Position numbers and translations under genes: made by a program | Shown here: positions 25,052-37,508 of the stretch, one piece after another | Layout: each line of letters opens with the position of its first letter | How positions within the stretch are numbered: position 1 is the first letter of the stretch | The notes under the pieces: model-generated | What the model saw: only the letters and a program-made list of their open reading frames with translations | What the model was told of the DNA's origin: nothing | The model's database searches: none | Source: Zygnema circumcarinatum SAG 698-1b | Taxonomy: Eukaryota > Plantae > Zygnematophyceae | Direction: 5' to 3' | NCBI GenBank assembly: GCA_037447605.1 | Contig: CM074814.1 | Span: forward strand, 620,001-684,000 | DNA length: 64,000 bases

Positions 25052-28000
25052 GTAGGGAAAACACATATTTTGTGCTTACAATACCTTTTGCTTCTTTGCC
25101 TTTTTTGCACTTGGATTACGCCAGGGACTCGCAATGTAGTTTCAGCTTGCTTAATGGAGGGGGTAAAAAAGCTAATCTATACGAGCAGTGCGAGCGTGGT
25201 GTTTGACGGAGTGCACCCAATCGTCAATGGAGACGAGTCCCTTCCATACCCCACCAAGGTATCTAAGACTTTAACGTTCCGTTCCATTCTCTTTCGTTCC
25301 ATTTAGGTCCAACGGTTTGCTGAACCCTAAGTCAAAACGCTACATTTCCAAGAGCTGTCCGCATGATTTAGTATTCTTTACCCGTGTTCGGCCCCACTGC
25401 TCTTCCCTTTCTTCTTTCTTTCCTTTGTCTTTCGAGTTTGGGATCCCCCCCACTTGTTCAGATTCTATTTCCTCCTTTGGGTGGCCCTTCTCTTAGTATA
25501 CATCTCTCATTTCCTGTTTTTTTTTGGTGGGTTTTTTCAGGCCATGAACGCGTACGGGTCCACGAAGGCGGAGGCCGAGTCGGTGGTCCTCCGCGGCGGG
25601 TCGAAGGGCGGTCTGCGCGCGGTCGCTCTGCGGCCGAGCGGAGTGTTCGGGCCCGGGGACGGGGTCTTCCTGCCGCTGCTCGCAAAGAACGCCAAGGCGG
25701 GGAAGCTCAAGGTGGGTTGGAGGGAGGGAGGGAGGGAGGGAGGGAGGGAGGAGGGAGGGAGGGAGGGAGGGAGGGAGGGAGGGAGGGAGGGAGGGAGGGA
25801 GGGAGGGAGGGAGGGAGGGAGGGAGGGAGGGGGAGGAGGGAGGGAGGAGGAGGGAGGGAGGAGGGAGGAGGGAGGGAGGGAGGGAGGGGAGGGAGGGGAG
25901 GGGAGGGAGGGAGGGAGGGGAGGGAGGGAGGAGGAGGGAGGGAGGGAGGGAGGCAGGAAAGGGGAGAGGGAGAGGAGGATTAAGGGAGAGGAGGGAGGGA
26001 GGGAGGGAGGGGGAGGCAGGAAAGGGGAGAGGGAGAGGAGGATTAAGGGAGAGGAGGGAGGGAGAGGAGGGAGGGAGGGGAGGGAGGGAGGGAGGGAGGG
26101 AGGGAGGGAGGGAGGGAGGGAGGGAGGGAGGGAGGCAGGAAAGGGGAGAGGGAGAGGAGGATTAAGGGAGAGGGAGGGTTGAGGGGGAAGGGGGAGGAGA
26201 AACAAGGAGAGGAGGGCGAGGGGAGAGGGTTGGGGAGGGTGGAGAGTAAGGGCGAAGCGGGGGGAGGAAAGCAAATGAAGGAGGAGAGTGTCAGTGAAGG
26301 AGGAGTTGAAGAGTAAGCGGGACAGACGGAAAAGGAGAGGAGAAGTAGAGTTTTGGACAAGAAAGAACTTTAAGTCAAGTATAGGGAGAGGGGCGGACGG
26401 AGCGAAGTATGAAGAAGAGATGCAAAGTGAGTGGGAGACCCTTCAGAAATAGTAAAGAGGGAAACAGAGAGAGGCTCTATGCCTCCCTTCCATTTGGATG
26501 TGAACCCTCACCTGCTCCACTTCTCTCCTTCCATTGCTTCACAGTTCGTCATTGGCGACGGATCGAACAAAGCCGATTTCACATATGTGGAAAATGTGAT
26601 CCATGCTCACATTCTCGCGGAGGAGGCCTTAGAGCAGAATCGGACCAATCCGGAGGACGATCCGGCAGGCAAGGTAGGGGGCCTAGGACTCAACTTGGGG
26701 CTATGATGGGAGAGTCCAAATGTGCCACAAATCTATCTATTCATATCGTGTTCCCACACCTCCTTCATACGAATTGTAGAGTTTTTAGGGTTTCTAGTTG
26801 AGGTTTACTCATCTTTTTTCTGCTTTTTTGGTTGAAGTGTTGGTAGGAAGGTCGGGACATAATTCTTGGACTTTGAGGAGGAAGTTTGTCGTATAGTGTG
26901 CACATCTACGGATCGTCTCCTTTTTGGTCCCTCTCTCACACACTCTCTCTCTCTCACTCTCTCTCACACTCTCTCACACACTCTCTCTCACACACTCTCT
27001 CACACACTCTCACACGCACTCTCTCACACACTCTCTCACACACTCTCTCACACACGCAGGCCTTTTTCATAACTAATGGAGAGCCGCGTCTATTTTGGGG
27101 CTTCGTGGGAGACATGATTGAGCCTCTCGGATACAGCCGGTACGATCTTCAGTTTTCAGTTCAGCTCTCAATTTTCAGTTTTCAGTTAGGCTTTGTCATT
27201 CCCCATTTTATTTCGCCTCATGTTTCTTTTCATACATTTGTGATGGGTTTAGCTGACTAAGTCCCAGGCTTTGATGGCTCTTACGTTTCTGAAAATTATC
27301 GGGGTTTTTAACCCCATTTCTTGTCCCTTTTTTTTTTTTCCTCTTTCGCTCTTCTTCCACGCTCTTCCACTCTCTCCCTCTGCATCTCTCTCTCGTCCCT
27401 CTCCCTCTACTTCCTCTTAATCTTCCCCATTCGCTCCTCTTCGTCTCTACCTTCCCCTTTTCCCTCCCCCTCCCCTTCCCCCTCCCTCTCCCCTTCCCCT
27501 TCCCCTCTCCCCCTGTCCTCCCGCCCTCGTCCTCACTCTCCCTCCCTTCTCCCTGTTCGTCCCTCTCCTCCTCTCCTTCTCCATCTTCCACTCTCGCTTT
27601 CTGTCCCCATCCCACTTCCCCTCCCTCCCTTCCCCTCCCCCGCTTCTCCCACCTGCCTATATCTCGCCTTCCGGCCTCCCCCTTCCTCTCCCTCTCCCCT
27701 CTCCCTCTCCCTCTCCCTCCTCCCCCTCCTCCCTCCCACCTCCCCCAGTCCGTCCGGAAACCTCCCCGTACAGGTCCTTCTCCCTCTCTCCCACGTGGTT
27801 GCGAGGGCCTCTCAGCTTCTCTCCCTCGTGGGAGTGCCTCCCTCCGACTTCTCTCCCTCCCGTCTCCGTCTTGTCACGGTCACGCGCACCTTCAGCTGCG
27901 CGAGGGCTGCGCGCCTACTCGGCTACAAGCCGCCCGTGCCTCTCGAGGTGGTGCTCCTAACCCTAAAACAAACAACAACAAAACAGCAAACATGAAGGGT

Positions 28001-28871
28001 CATTCTAGTTCGAAAAGATTCCTGACGAGGGAGAGAGAACTTAAGGAAGGAGAAACAGAGCCCAAAAAATGAAAAATAGAGGCCATAGGCTGTTCTAAGT
28101 AGTAGAGTTAAGGCCCTAACCCTAAAACTGTAGCCATAAGACTTTGTGACACTTAACTCCTTCGGTACTTTAGGTCCAATATCAGTATAAGAAAAGAGAG
28201 AAAGGTAGCAAATATGTGCAGAAAGGTGCTTCGTTTGAAATCTGGTCATAGAAACCTGAAAACCGTGAAGGCCATAGGAACTGGAAACTGTAACTGAAAA
28301 GCATTCTCTGCGACCAGACATTGGAATATGCGAAATTTTGTTCTAAGTAGTGTCTTATGTCTAGGGCTGCTTTTGTAATTATTTACTTTGTCTGTCTTTG
28401 TCTATATCGTACGGAAGCATGAGCAATCAGTTTTACTCTCTGCTTCTGTTAAAATTGTTTTTTTTTTCCTCCTCCGTTTAGGAGGGAATTCGGAGAACTG
28501 TTGCGTCAGCCCAACATCTAAGGATGGAGGAAACAATAGTAAAGAAGGAGAGGGGAGTTTCAAAAGCACATGCAGTCTTGGGTGGTGGAAAAGGTGTGGC
28601 TCTCCTCCCCCCGCCTCTCTCTCCCTCTTTCTCTCTCTCTCTCTGTCTCTCTCGCTCTCTTTCCTCCCTTCTTTTCTCACTCGCGCCTCTCCTTCTGATT
28701 ACAACCTCCCCCCCTCCCCCCCCAGTTCGCTTGTCCTCAATTTTAGGGTTTCGGGTCTTTAGGTCATTTGTTAAAGTCGTTTCAAACTTTGCAAGCCCCA
28801 AAGGGTTTGACCTTTGAGATGCTGTTTAGACGAAGGAGGAGAGACGGCGAAAAGACTGCGTGCCAGAGTGA

Positions 28872-28909
<38 letters not shown>

Positions 28910-31131
28910 GCGAGTGAGAGAAAGTGAGAGAGAGAGAAAGAGAGAGGGGGAGAGAAAGGAAAGGAATGGGAGAGATTCTGGCTTCCCTGACCGCTAATCC
29001 TCGCACGTGCGTGGGGGGGAGGGGGGGGGCAATTCAGCTGCGGATGTCCTTCTGTGGCGGAATGTGAAGCAGTCCACGTGGCTATTTCTTGTGCTCCTTC
29101 TCTCCTATTACGTCCTGTTCTCCTCCGGGCTTACCTTCATTCAGCTTTTTGCCAATTCACTGCTCACAGTGGCGGCAATTCTGTTCGCATACGCTCACCT
29201 TGAGCCTCTCATCAGCAGGTGAGACGCTCTCTCTCTCCCTCTCCCTCTGCCTCTCCCATCGCACACAAAGAAAATCGAGGGGAAGAGAGGGAGAGAGGGG
29301 GGGGAGGGGCAGAGAGAAGGGAAGCGGGAGTTTGGAATCTTTTACTATCCATAGCACACACGAGAGGCAGAGAGTGAGCGAGAGAGAGAGAGACAGTGAC
29401 TGAGAGGGGAGAGAATCGTTTCTTTTGTATTGTTTCCGTTCGTCTATTGGATGAAGTTTGCGTCCTGTTTTGCCCTTCGCAGCGACGTGTGTTCACACTA
29501 TGTCCGTTACTGTCATTCAGTTTTGGTTACCATCTTCCGGACATTTCGGCACCGTGGGAGATTCCGGAAGAGTATGAGAGCGTGGTGTCACGTCACGTCA
29601 CGGAAATTTGGAACGGAAGTGTGCTGGCAAAACTTCAACGGTTGGCTGACAATCGCAATATCGGATTGTTCTTAAAGGTAGGAGGGGGAGAGGAAGAGGG
29701 AAGGGAGAGGGAGGAAGGGAGAGGAGGGAAAGGGAGGAAGAAAGAGGAGGGAAAGGGAGGAGAGAGGGGCAGGAGAGGAGGGAGAGGATAGAGGGGTAGA
29801 GGGCGGAGGGTTAGGAGAGAGGAGTAGGTAAAGGGAGGAGAGGGAGGCAGGGAGAGGAGGGAGAGGGGCGCGTGGAGGGAGAGGGAGGAAATGGAGAGAA
29901 GGGAGAGGGTCAGGGGAGAGGAGGCAGAGGAAGAAAGGGAGAGGAGGGGAAAATGGTGAGCAGGGGCAAAAGAAATCGAAGGCTATAAAGTCTTCCAAAC
30001 TGAACCTATTGCTGCTTTATTGGCCTTCTTCTCAGGGTTGTATCCGGACCCCTCAACACCGCATAACTTCTCCATAATTCGTCTATTTTTTTTTTCTTTT
30101 ATTCCTCTTTTTTTGAATTGCAGGTGGAGTTTGGGCTCTATTTGTTGAGCTGTATCTTCTCCTACTTCAGCATCTCTTCATTGGTCGGAATCTGTAAGTC
30201 AGAGCTCTAGGGAGGTCCCTTTTACTATCATTCTGATGAATTCGCGTTGACATCTGAATGTGGGTTTCAATGAACTGTGAAGACTCAATGAACCCGCATG
30301 CAGCAGTGTGTGGATCCACAAAGTGGTGGATCCGGGTTTAACTTCGTACACCCGGGTTGAGTGCGCGCATTTGACTGAAGAAAGAAAATATTGAGGATGT
30401 ATGATGTTGGTGAACTTTTGGTAATCTGCACACAGACAAACACACTCATACTCACTCTCTCTCCCCTCCTCCTCCCTCCCCTCCCCTCCCCTCCCCTCCC
30501 CTCCCCTCCTCCCCCTCCCCTCCCCTCCCCTCCCCTCCCCTCCCCTCCCCTCCCCTCCCCTCCCCCTCCCCTCCCCCTCCCCTCCCCTCCCCTCCCCTCC
30601 CCTCCCCCTCCCCCTCCCCTCCCCCCTCCCCCTCCCCTCCCCTCCCCCTCCCCCTCCCCTCCCCTCCCCTCCCCCTCCCCTCCCCCTCCCCTCCCCTCCC
30701 CTCCCCTCCCCCTCCCCCTCCCTCCCTCCCCTCCCTCCCTCCCTCCCTCCCCTCCCTCCCTCCCTCCCCTCCCCCTCCCCCTCCCCTCCCCTCCCCCTCC
30801 CCTCCCCCTCCCCTCCCCCTCCCCTCCCCCTCCCCTCCCCTCCCCTCCCCCTCCCCTCCCCCTCCCCTCCCCCTCCCCTCCCCTCCCCTCCCCTCCCCTC
30901 CCCTCCCCTCCCCCCTCCCCTCCGGTTCCGTTAACTGTGATTGCAGTGCTGTTTGGCTCCTTCCTCCTCCCCCTCCTGTACGCGCGGAACGAGGAGGAGG
31001 TGGACGCCATGGCTGCCCTCGCGGGGGAGCGGCTCAAGGAGACGCAGAGCCTCCTCAAGGAGAGGGCCCTCGGGCTGCAGCGCCACGTCAGCAGCAGGCT
31101 CCCAAAGAGCCTTCAGAGGAAGCAGGACTGA
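23170..31131 (+). CDS. 3-beta-hydroxysteroid dehydrogenase/C4-decarboxylase fused to a C-terminal reticulon domain (Arabidopsis 3BETAHSD/D2 / RTNLB19-like), about 13 exons
   Basis: Micro-exon MADK (23170-23181) spliced to [12 protein letters not shown] (24312); VFHMASP; [13 protein letters not shown]; catalytic YGSTK; [11 protein letters not shown]; [12 protein letters not shown]; AFFITNGEP; then reticulon [13 protein letters not shown]..; last exon ends ..LQRKQD* at 31131. Confidence 0.9.
23898..24285 (+). repeat. 70-71 bp minisatellite (5 copies + partial) rich in CCCTAA, in intron 1
   Basis: Unit ttttcaagccctaatctggaagctaaccctaatcctcactaccctaatccaagcccctaatcctgactaca starting at about 23898, 23969, 24039, 24110 and 24181. 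Confidence 0.9.
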
Positions 31132-31864
31132 GCCTCGTCCATGGCCGTACACTCACTCTCTTAGGGCTTCTTGAGTGGGGTTCAAAGTTGAAAGCCTCGT
31201 TTGGGATGTGATGAAACAGTAGGGAGAGAGGAGGGAGAGAGGGGGGAGCGAGGGAGGCATAGTGGAGAGAGGGGGGGAGAGGGGGGGAGAGGGAGGCAGG
31301 GAGAGTGGGAGGGAGAGAGGGGGGGAGGGGAGGGGAGGGATTGGCATGTGATGTGGGAGATGGGCGGCTGCACAACGTACAGGAATAAGGGGCCGTGTAT
31401 AGTGTAGCCCTGACTGTGCCCCCCCGCTCTTATTCCCTTTTTTTTTGGTTTTCCACCCATGAGGGTGATCGAGGCGGATCTTTCTAATTCCTCTACCAAA
31501 CCGCTTTAAAAAAGAGATGGATTCCTTTTCGGCACAGGAAGGTTGTACGTTGGAAAGTTGCCGTGGTTCGTTTGGTTTGAAATTCACCGTTTCCATAAAG
31601 CACACTCTCTCCTTGTCCCCTTTCTTGGGGAAGTATTTCTTGTGTGGCAACAAGCGAAATTTCCTTCACATGGGTGCCATGCATATCTGTCCACTCATAA
31701 TGGCATTACCAGCCGCATGGAAACAGCGATTTCCCACTACACGAGCATTCTGTGTAGGTTCCGTGGAATCCATCCATCCTACTGCCCACCCGAGAAATCT
31801 CGGGCAATTTTTCACCATTTTTCTTGGAGAACTATGTACTCCCCCCCCCCCCCCNNNNNNNNNN

Positions 31865-32812
31865 CCTCCCCCTCCCCCTCCGGTTCCGTTAACTGTGATT
31901 GCAGTGCTGTTTGGCTCCTTCCTCCTCCCCCTCCTGTACGCGCGGAACGAGGAGGAGGTGGACGCCATGGCTGCCCTCGCGGGGGAGCGGCTCAAGGAGA
32001 CGCAGAGCCTCCTCAAGGAGAGGGCCCTCGGGCTGCAGCGCCACGTCAGCAGCAGGCTCCCAAAGAGCCTTCAGAGGAAGCAGGACTGAGCCTCGTCCAT
32101 GGCCGTACACTCACTCTCTTAGGGCTTCTTGAGTGGGGTTCAAAGTTGAAAGCCTCGTTTGGGATGTGATGAAACAGTAGGGAGAGAGGAGGGAGAGAGG
32201 GGGGAGCGAGGGAGGCATAGTGGAGAGAGGGGGGGAGAGGGGGGGAGAGGGAGGCAGGGAGAGTGGGAGGGAGAGAGGGGGGGAGGGGAGGGGAGGGATT
32301 GGCATGTGATGTGGGAGATGGGCGGCTGCACAACGTACAGGAATAAGGGGCCGTGTATAGTGTAGCCCTGACTGTGCCCCCCCGCTCTTATTCCCTTTTT
32401 TTTTGGTTTTCCACCCATGAGGGTGATCGAGGCGGATCTTTCTAATTCCTCTACCAAACCGCTTTAAAAAAGAGATGGATTCCTTTTCGGCACAGGAAGG
32501 TTGTACGTTGGAAAGTTGCCGTGGTTCGTTTGGTTTGAAATTCACCGTTTCCATAAAGCACACTCTCTCCTTGTCCCCTTTCTTGGGGAAGTATTTCTTG
32601 TGTGGCAACAAGCGAAATTTCCTTCACATGGGTGCCATGCATATCTGTCCACTCATAATGGCATTACCAGCCGCATGGAAACAGCGATTTCCCACTACAC
32701 GAGCATTCTGTGTAGGTTCCGTGGAATCCATCCATCCTACTGCCCACCCGAGAAATCTCGGGCAATTTTTCACCATTTTTCTTGGAGAACTATGTACTCC
32801 CCCCCCCCCCCC
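31865..32812 (+). repeat. Apparently identical copy of 30907-31854 across an N gap (likely assembly duplication)
   Basis: Offset 958 bp. The copies abut the 10-N gap at 31855-64, begin and end in poly-C tracts, and include the last 3-beta-HSD exon. Confidence 0.85.
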
Positions 32813-33119
32813 TTCCTTTTGGTTATCCCGCCCCTTTTCTTTTGAAATCACACCCTCCCATTTTGGCTATTACGCCCCCTGTTTTGTAATTACAACATGC
32901 AATTGTAATTGTGTAGACGAGTAAGGACTTTGAGCATGTGCTGTTCCTTTCGTCCTTTGTTCGGATCGCTACGTAGCTCCTCCCTCCACTCCGCCACCTG
33001 CCGCCACGTGGACCAATTATGCTCAGCAGACCTGCTGAACCCTAGAAGCCATGGAACCTCTCAAAGCCATGGAAACACGAAATAAACCTTAAATTCGGGA
33101 AAGAAAACACTAACGCCGC

Positions 33120-36100
33120 AACAATACGAATCTCGAGTGCAATACCAACCGTACCGAGAGGAACAGCGCTAAGTCCCAACACTCTGAAACTCGTCAACCT
33201 GCAAACAAACTAGAATACAAACCTACAGCCCTACAACCTTTTACGACCTTATTCAGACAACCCCACAACAAGAAAAACTGAACTTAAGAAAATAAAAAAA
33301 TGTAGGATTCTAGAACCATAAGCTTCTGAATGCCTCTGAAATCTTCCAAAGCAGGGGTTCAGACTTCACCTCTTCAAGCGTCATTTTCTGCTCCTTCACA
33401 AACTGTTCAATGTCCTTCTCCACTTCCTCGTCCTCCTGTAGCAGCCGCACATGGACCGCCGTTTGTCAGCAAATTTGCTTCCTTTGAACCCTTTCAACTC
33501 TACACGCTTCCAAGGCTTTAACTCACACTTCAAACGCTAAGAAATTCCTCAAATCCTATAAATTATCTAAACCGATTTTTTTTCTTCAAAATAATTGAAA
33601 CGCCAGAAACCCTGGACGACCTCAAATTAATGGAACCGGAAAACCATAGAGAGCACAGAAACCTTTAGATTCTAGAATTCATCAATCAGGACTTGATCTT
33701 GGAAACCTTAAAAGTAACAACCCTTACGACAACCCTAGATGTGATCACTCCAGAAAGTAGCAACCACAAAAACATTGGATAGCGCCACAACCCTAAGAAC
33801 GCAGGCAGTCCAGGATCCATGAACGCTTCAAACCAAGAATCGGTACATCCGCTGCAAACGTAACCAGCCTCCAAAGCGCCAGAAACTTACGAAAATTGAA
33901 AGTTCTGAAAACTAGGTGAATAAAATATCCGAGAAACTCCCAAATCCACCCCAAGAGCAAAAAGGTCGCAAGCCCTAAATCCCTCCATCGTGCTCACCCC
34001 GTCGACACTGCCATAGACGCTACACGCCAAAACCAAACCACACGCATTCAACCACGTCTGAGACCCAAAATATCTCGGCGAACCCCAAAGCCAAAAATAA
34101 GCCAAAAAAGTCGACCACTGCACGCGAGCAGGTTTGCACACGTCACCTCCGTAACGAACGCGACTGCACCGAGTCGGGCGAGTGGTCGGGCGGCGCTGCT
34201 TTCGTCTGGTCGTCGGACGTAACTAACATCGGCGAAACTATCAAAGTAACGGAATCTCCCGGCAGACGGTGGAAATATAAGAATGCTAGGGTTGCTGCTG
34301 CTTCCAGTGGCTGGCAATGGTTGATAGTTATTGACAGGTGGCCAAAATAAATGTCTTAAGTTCTCCAAGCAGCCATTCGGCTGAAAGATGGCGAGGAACG
34401 GATTCCAACAGTTGGTGAGGGCGACCAAACATGAAGTGCAGGCGAGCACGAAGGCCGTCACAGCCTCAAGTGATACGCAACATCTTGCCTCTTTCCGTAA
34501 ATTTATAAGAGCAGTGTGGTAACCAGTCATAGCGGAAAGGATGTTATTGAGTCTAAAGGACACATCACGCTTATTGTTGAAGAGCCAGGTCCAGAAGTTT
34601 TCTCTCGTCCTGCATTCACCTGCGATAATAATGGCACGATCGAGCGTTGCAATGTATGGGTCGAAGAGCTCCCTATTGCGAGCAACAGTCTTAACTCGGA
34701 GATCCCTTGCAAGCAGCCAAAAGTTCATGGCTTGTGTGCAGATTAATTCTCCCTCTTCCCGGAATACGCGTGCGTCTACCCAGGCAGGCCGAACGTTTCC
34801 CGTACGCTCCTTAATGGAAGCAAGCAGACCTCGCCCCACCGCCGCCTCCTCCGCGGCAGCCATGGCCTCAAGGGACAGAGGTGGAGGGCTGGGCCGGCAG
34901 ACGACCCCTCCGCGGCTTTCCCGTCACACGACGATATGTCCGTACTATGCACGGCGCGCCAAGTTCATGTCGGCGCAGGTGAATCATCAAAATGTCGGCA
35001 CGCGAATGCGGTGGCGCCACGTGCCCCATTAGTGTCGGCGGGCCTGACGAGGGTCAACCGGGTCAACCGCGTCAGGACTTGCCAGGTGGCGGAACATGCA
35101 CAGCCGGGCGGCATACTGTACGGCCGGCGGAGGCTAGGTCGCGTAGGTCACGTACGGTCAACATGACAATGTCACATCACAGACTCAATACTCGTATTAA
35201 GGGGAGTTCCTCGTGGTTCCCCGTGCTGCTTTTGTCCGTGAAGATTGGATGGCCTCGCCATCGTGAAATCAATGCCATTTTCTCCCCTTTCTCCTATATA
35301 AGGGGAGCGGTTCTGGAGAAGATTGACCTTCTCGTGAATCGCAGTGCAGTGAGGATATCTTACGTTGGGCCCAGAAGATAAAGGGAAGTGTTGGGCTTGT
35401 GATGGGGTGGTATTTTCACGCAGCTTGGGATAAAGGTGGTTGAAGCTTAGTTCTAGTGTTGTAAAGTTGTATTCATTTTTTATCTTACTGAGTTTTAGGC
35501 TAGAGGATTTCTCCGTACATTTTCTAATTTCCACTGAGTTGTTCTCATACACTGAGTGTGCTCCTTGTGCACATCTTATGAGTGTGAGTGGGCAAGTCCG
35601 AGAAGATGTTAAGTCCCACCGAATGTGGGGGACAAGTGGTAACGCCACCCAAAGAGAGTGCTGCTTCAGCGGCACCAACGGAGGGCGTTGCATCAACAAT
35701 TAGTAGCAAAAATATTAAGCTTGTCAATACGGTAATCTAAAAATGAATGCAATGGCCGCGACCTTTACATTCCTGAAGAACTTTTTTTCACTACCGCCTG
35801 GCACACAACCGAATACATCGTGACCTGTCCTCTCTCTGTCGTCCTCTCTCTCTCTCTCTCTCTCTGCCATGGGCGGCAGACGGAGGCTCTGGGAGAGGCT
35901 TTGGGAGCGGGAGAGGGAGTGGGAGAGGGAGAGGGAGTCCTGCGATTGGCGCTGGGCGGAAGAAAGGACGAAAGGGATCCCGGCGGAATCGGGGCAGGGC
36001 AGGCCCGTCATACTGTAATCGTCAGTCACTACGGGACAAAAGTATTTGTACGACTACATGCTACAGTAACTTGCGCACAAAACAAAAGCGCAATGATTGC

Positions 36101-36640
36101 GACGGCGGCCGTCCGAACTCAACCGGCCGGCCGGCCGGCCGGCGAGGGCGGCCGGTCCGCCGGCCGGCAACTTCCGCCTCTTTGTACTGCGGCGATCCGG
36201 CTCCCTTCCACATGCGACAAGCGTGACCGCCAGTCGAGCACTGCCACGTGACGGTACGTGACTGCACGAGCTTAGATTTTGTCATGTGCAATCAGGCAAC
36301 AGCAGTGTGCTCATAGAGTTCTTATGGGATTTTGTTGACACGTGTCGTTCTCCGACAGCTTCTACGTGTCACGTCGTGCCACGTGGCATTCTGTCGATTG
36401 AGAACCAGTGCGCCTTAGGGGCGCCCTTCCGCCCCCTCCCATCCTTCCGCCATGGTGGCAGGCGGAGGGAAAGAGAGAGGGAGAGGGAGAGGGAGAGATA
36501 GAGACGTTTCCGCGGTCTTCCTGCTTGGATCCAGCTCGCGTCTCTCTCTCCAAGCAGCCTTTCCGCCCTCAGTACTTTGTTGAATGGCATCAAGCAGATA
36601 ATAAACGACATGAACAACAATAACAACAACAACAATACAG
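33120..36640 (-). repeat. Copy A of a multi-kb duplicated cassette (orphan gene plus upstream region); inverted paralog at about 60640-64000
   Basis: Collinear reverse-complement similarity, e.g. 33135-33400 vs 63740-64000, 34430-35760 vs 62210-63650, and 36330-36640 vs 60640-60950. Confidence 0.85.
34048..34863 (-). CDS. Orphan helical protein, copy A (family unknown)
   Basis: ORF of 271 aa with strong start context GCCATGG. The first about 153 aa align with the 63187 ORF. The shared C-terminal peptide MTLEEVKSEPLLWKISEAFRSLWF* lies separately near 33310-33385. Confidence 0.6.
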   Translation of the reverse strand: MAAAEEAAVGRGLLASIKERTGNVRPAWVDARVFREEGELICTQAMNFWLLARDLRVKTVARNRELFDPYIATLDRAIIIAGECRTRENFWTWLFNNKRDVSFRLNNILSAMTGYHTALINLRKEARCCVSLEAVTAFVLACTSCLVALTNCWNPFLAIFQPNGCLENLRHLFWPPVNNYQPLPATGSSSNPSILIFPPSAGRFRYFDSFADVSYVRRPDESSAARPLARLGAVAFVTEVTCANLLACSGRLFWLIFGFGVRRDILGLRRG

Positions 36641-37508
36641 ACTCAATACACAACACACGTATCCCCAAAAGATCTTCATTCCAAAACAGACCTGGAGCAT
36701 AAGCATCCTATGCTTTTTCTTTAAGGCTCCGGTTATCAAAATCTCAGAATGCTGTAATCTGATACAGTTCCTTCCTAAAACCCAACGGCCAACAAACAAC
36801 ACGATCAAACAACATGATCCATACGATCAACGGTCTAGGGATTCACAACTCACACCTCGGTGACCTTCGCGGTTGCTTCTAGGGAGGGCTTGAAGCGTTG
36901 TTGAGCCTAGGCGTAGTTTTCCGCTCCTCGCTTTTTTTCCTTTATGCTTAGGTCCTTTGCGACCACTAGCTCTTCGTGGTTCCCCATGCTGATTTTTGCC
37001 ATGTTCATTTGATGGCCTCGCCATCGTGAGATCAATGCCACACCTTTTACGCTTACTTGACGTGTGACTCCGTCCGTGCAGTTCTGTATATAGTACAGTA
37101 CAGTACTGTAGTACAGTACGGTACTCGATTCTTGCTCGCTGGAAGGAATATTTGCAGGATCTGACTCTTGAAGGTCAGCTGGCCTTCCTGCAAAGCTAGA
37201 GAAACTTGAAGACATGAAGCTTTCACGGAGAATTTGCAACATTTGATAGATCTTTAGTGCATCATCTCCTGGAATTTCTTGGATCTGATCAGTATTCTGT
37301 GCAAGAGCTGCCCGATGCAGTGAGAAACCCTAAAGTTGACTTTTTGCCCTGAAGCCCTCGCCCTCTGAAACCCTAAATGCGTTAAAATTTCCTCCAAACT
37401 CTTAGCTGTTACGTCGGCATTGGATATGTCAATGTAATAGCATTCTGATGACTTGAGTTACCCTAAAAGTTGTGCAGAAGGTGCGCTGATGGGCGTGCCT
37501 TTGCCATC

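Noticed and set aside
25384-31131. Pro-rich and Gly/Glu/Arg-rich ORFs (e.g. 25454-26182, 25537-26274, 30285-31058)
   Set aside because: They are (GGGA)n and (CCCT)n intron tracts of the 3-beta-HSD gene. The extensin-like poly-Pro at 30450-30920 is intronic.
31865-32812. Second copy of the last 3-beta-HSD/reticulon exon as a real gene duplication
   Set aside because: The copies look identical, directly flank an N gap and are bounded by poly-C tracts. This is typical of a scaffolding overlap artifact.
35200-35225. Resemblance of GGGGAGTTCCTCGTGGTT to the 3' end of 5S rRNA
   Set aside because: The match is too short, and no upstream 5S sequence is present.
35172-35699. 175-aa ORF, and its counterpart 62322-62747, as genes
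   Set aside because: They lie in the duplicated upstream region, run through the TATA-like box and end differently in the two copies; there is no recognisable domain.
33120-36640. LTR retrotransposon interpretation of the duplicated cassette
   Set aside because: No TG..CA LTR pair, PBS, PPT, gag, RT or integrase motif was found, and the two copies are inverted rather than direct.
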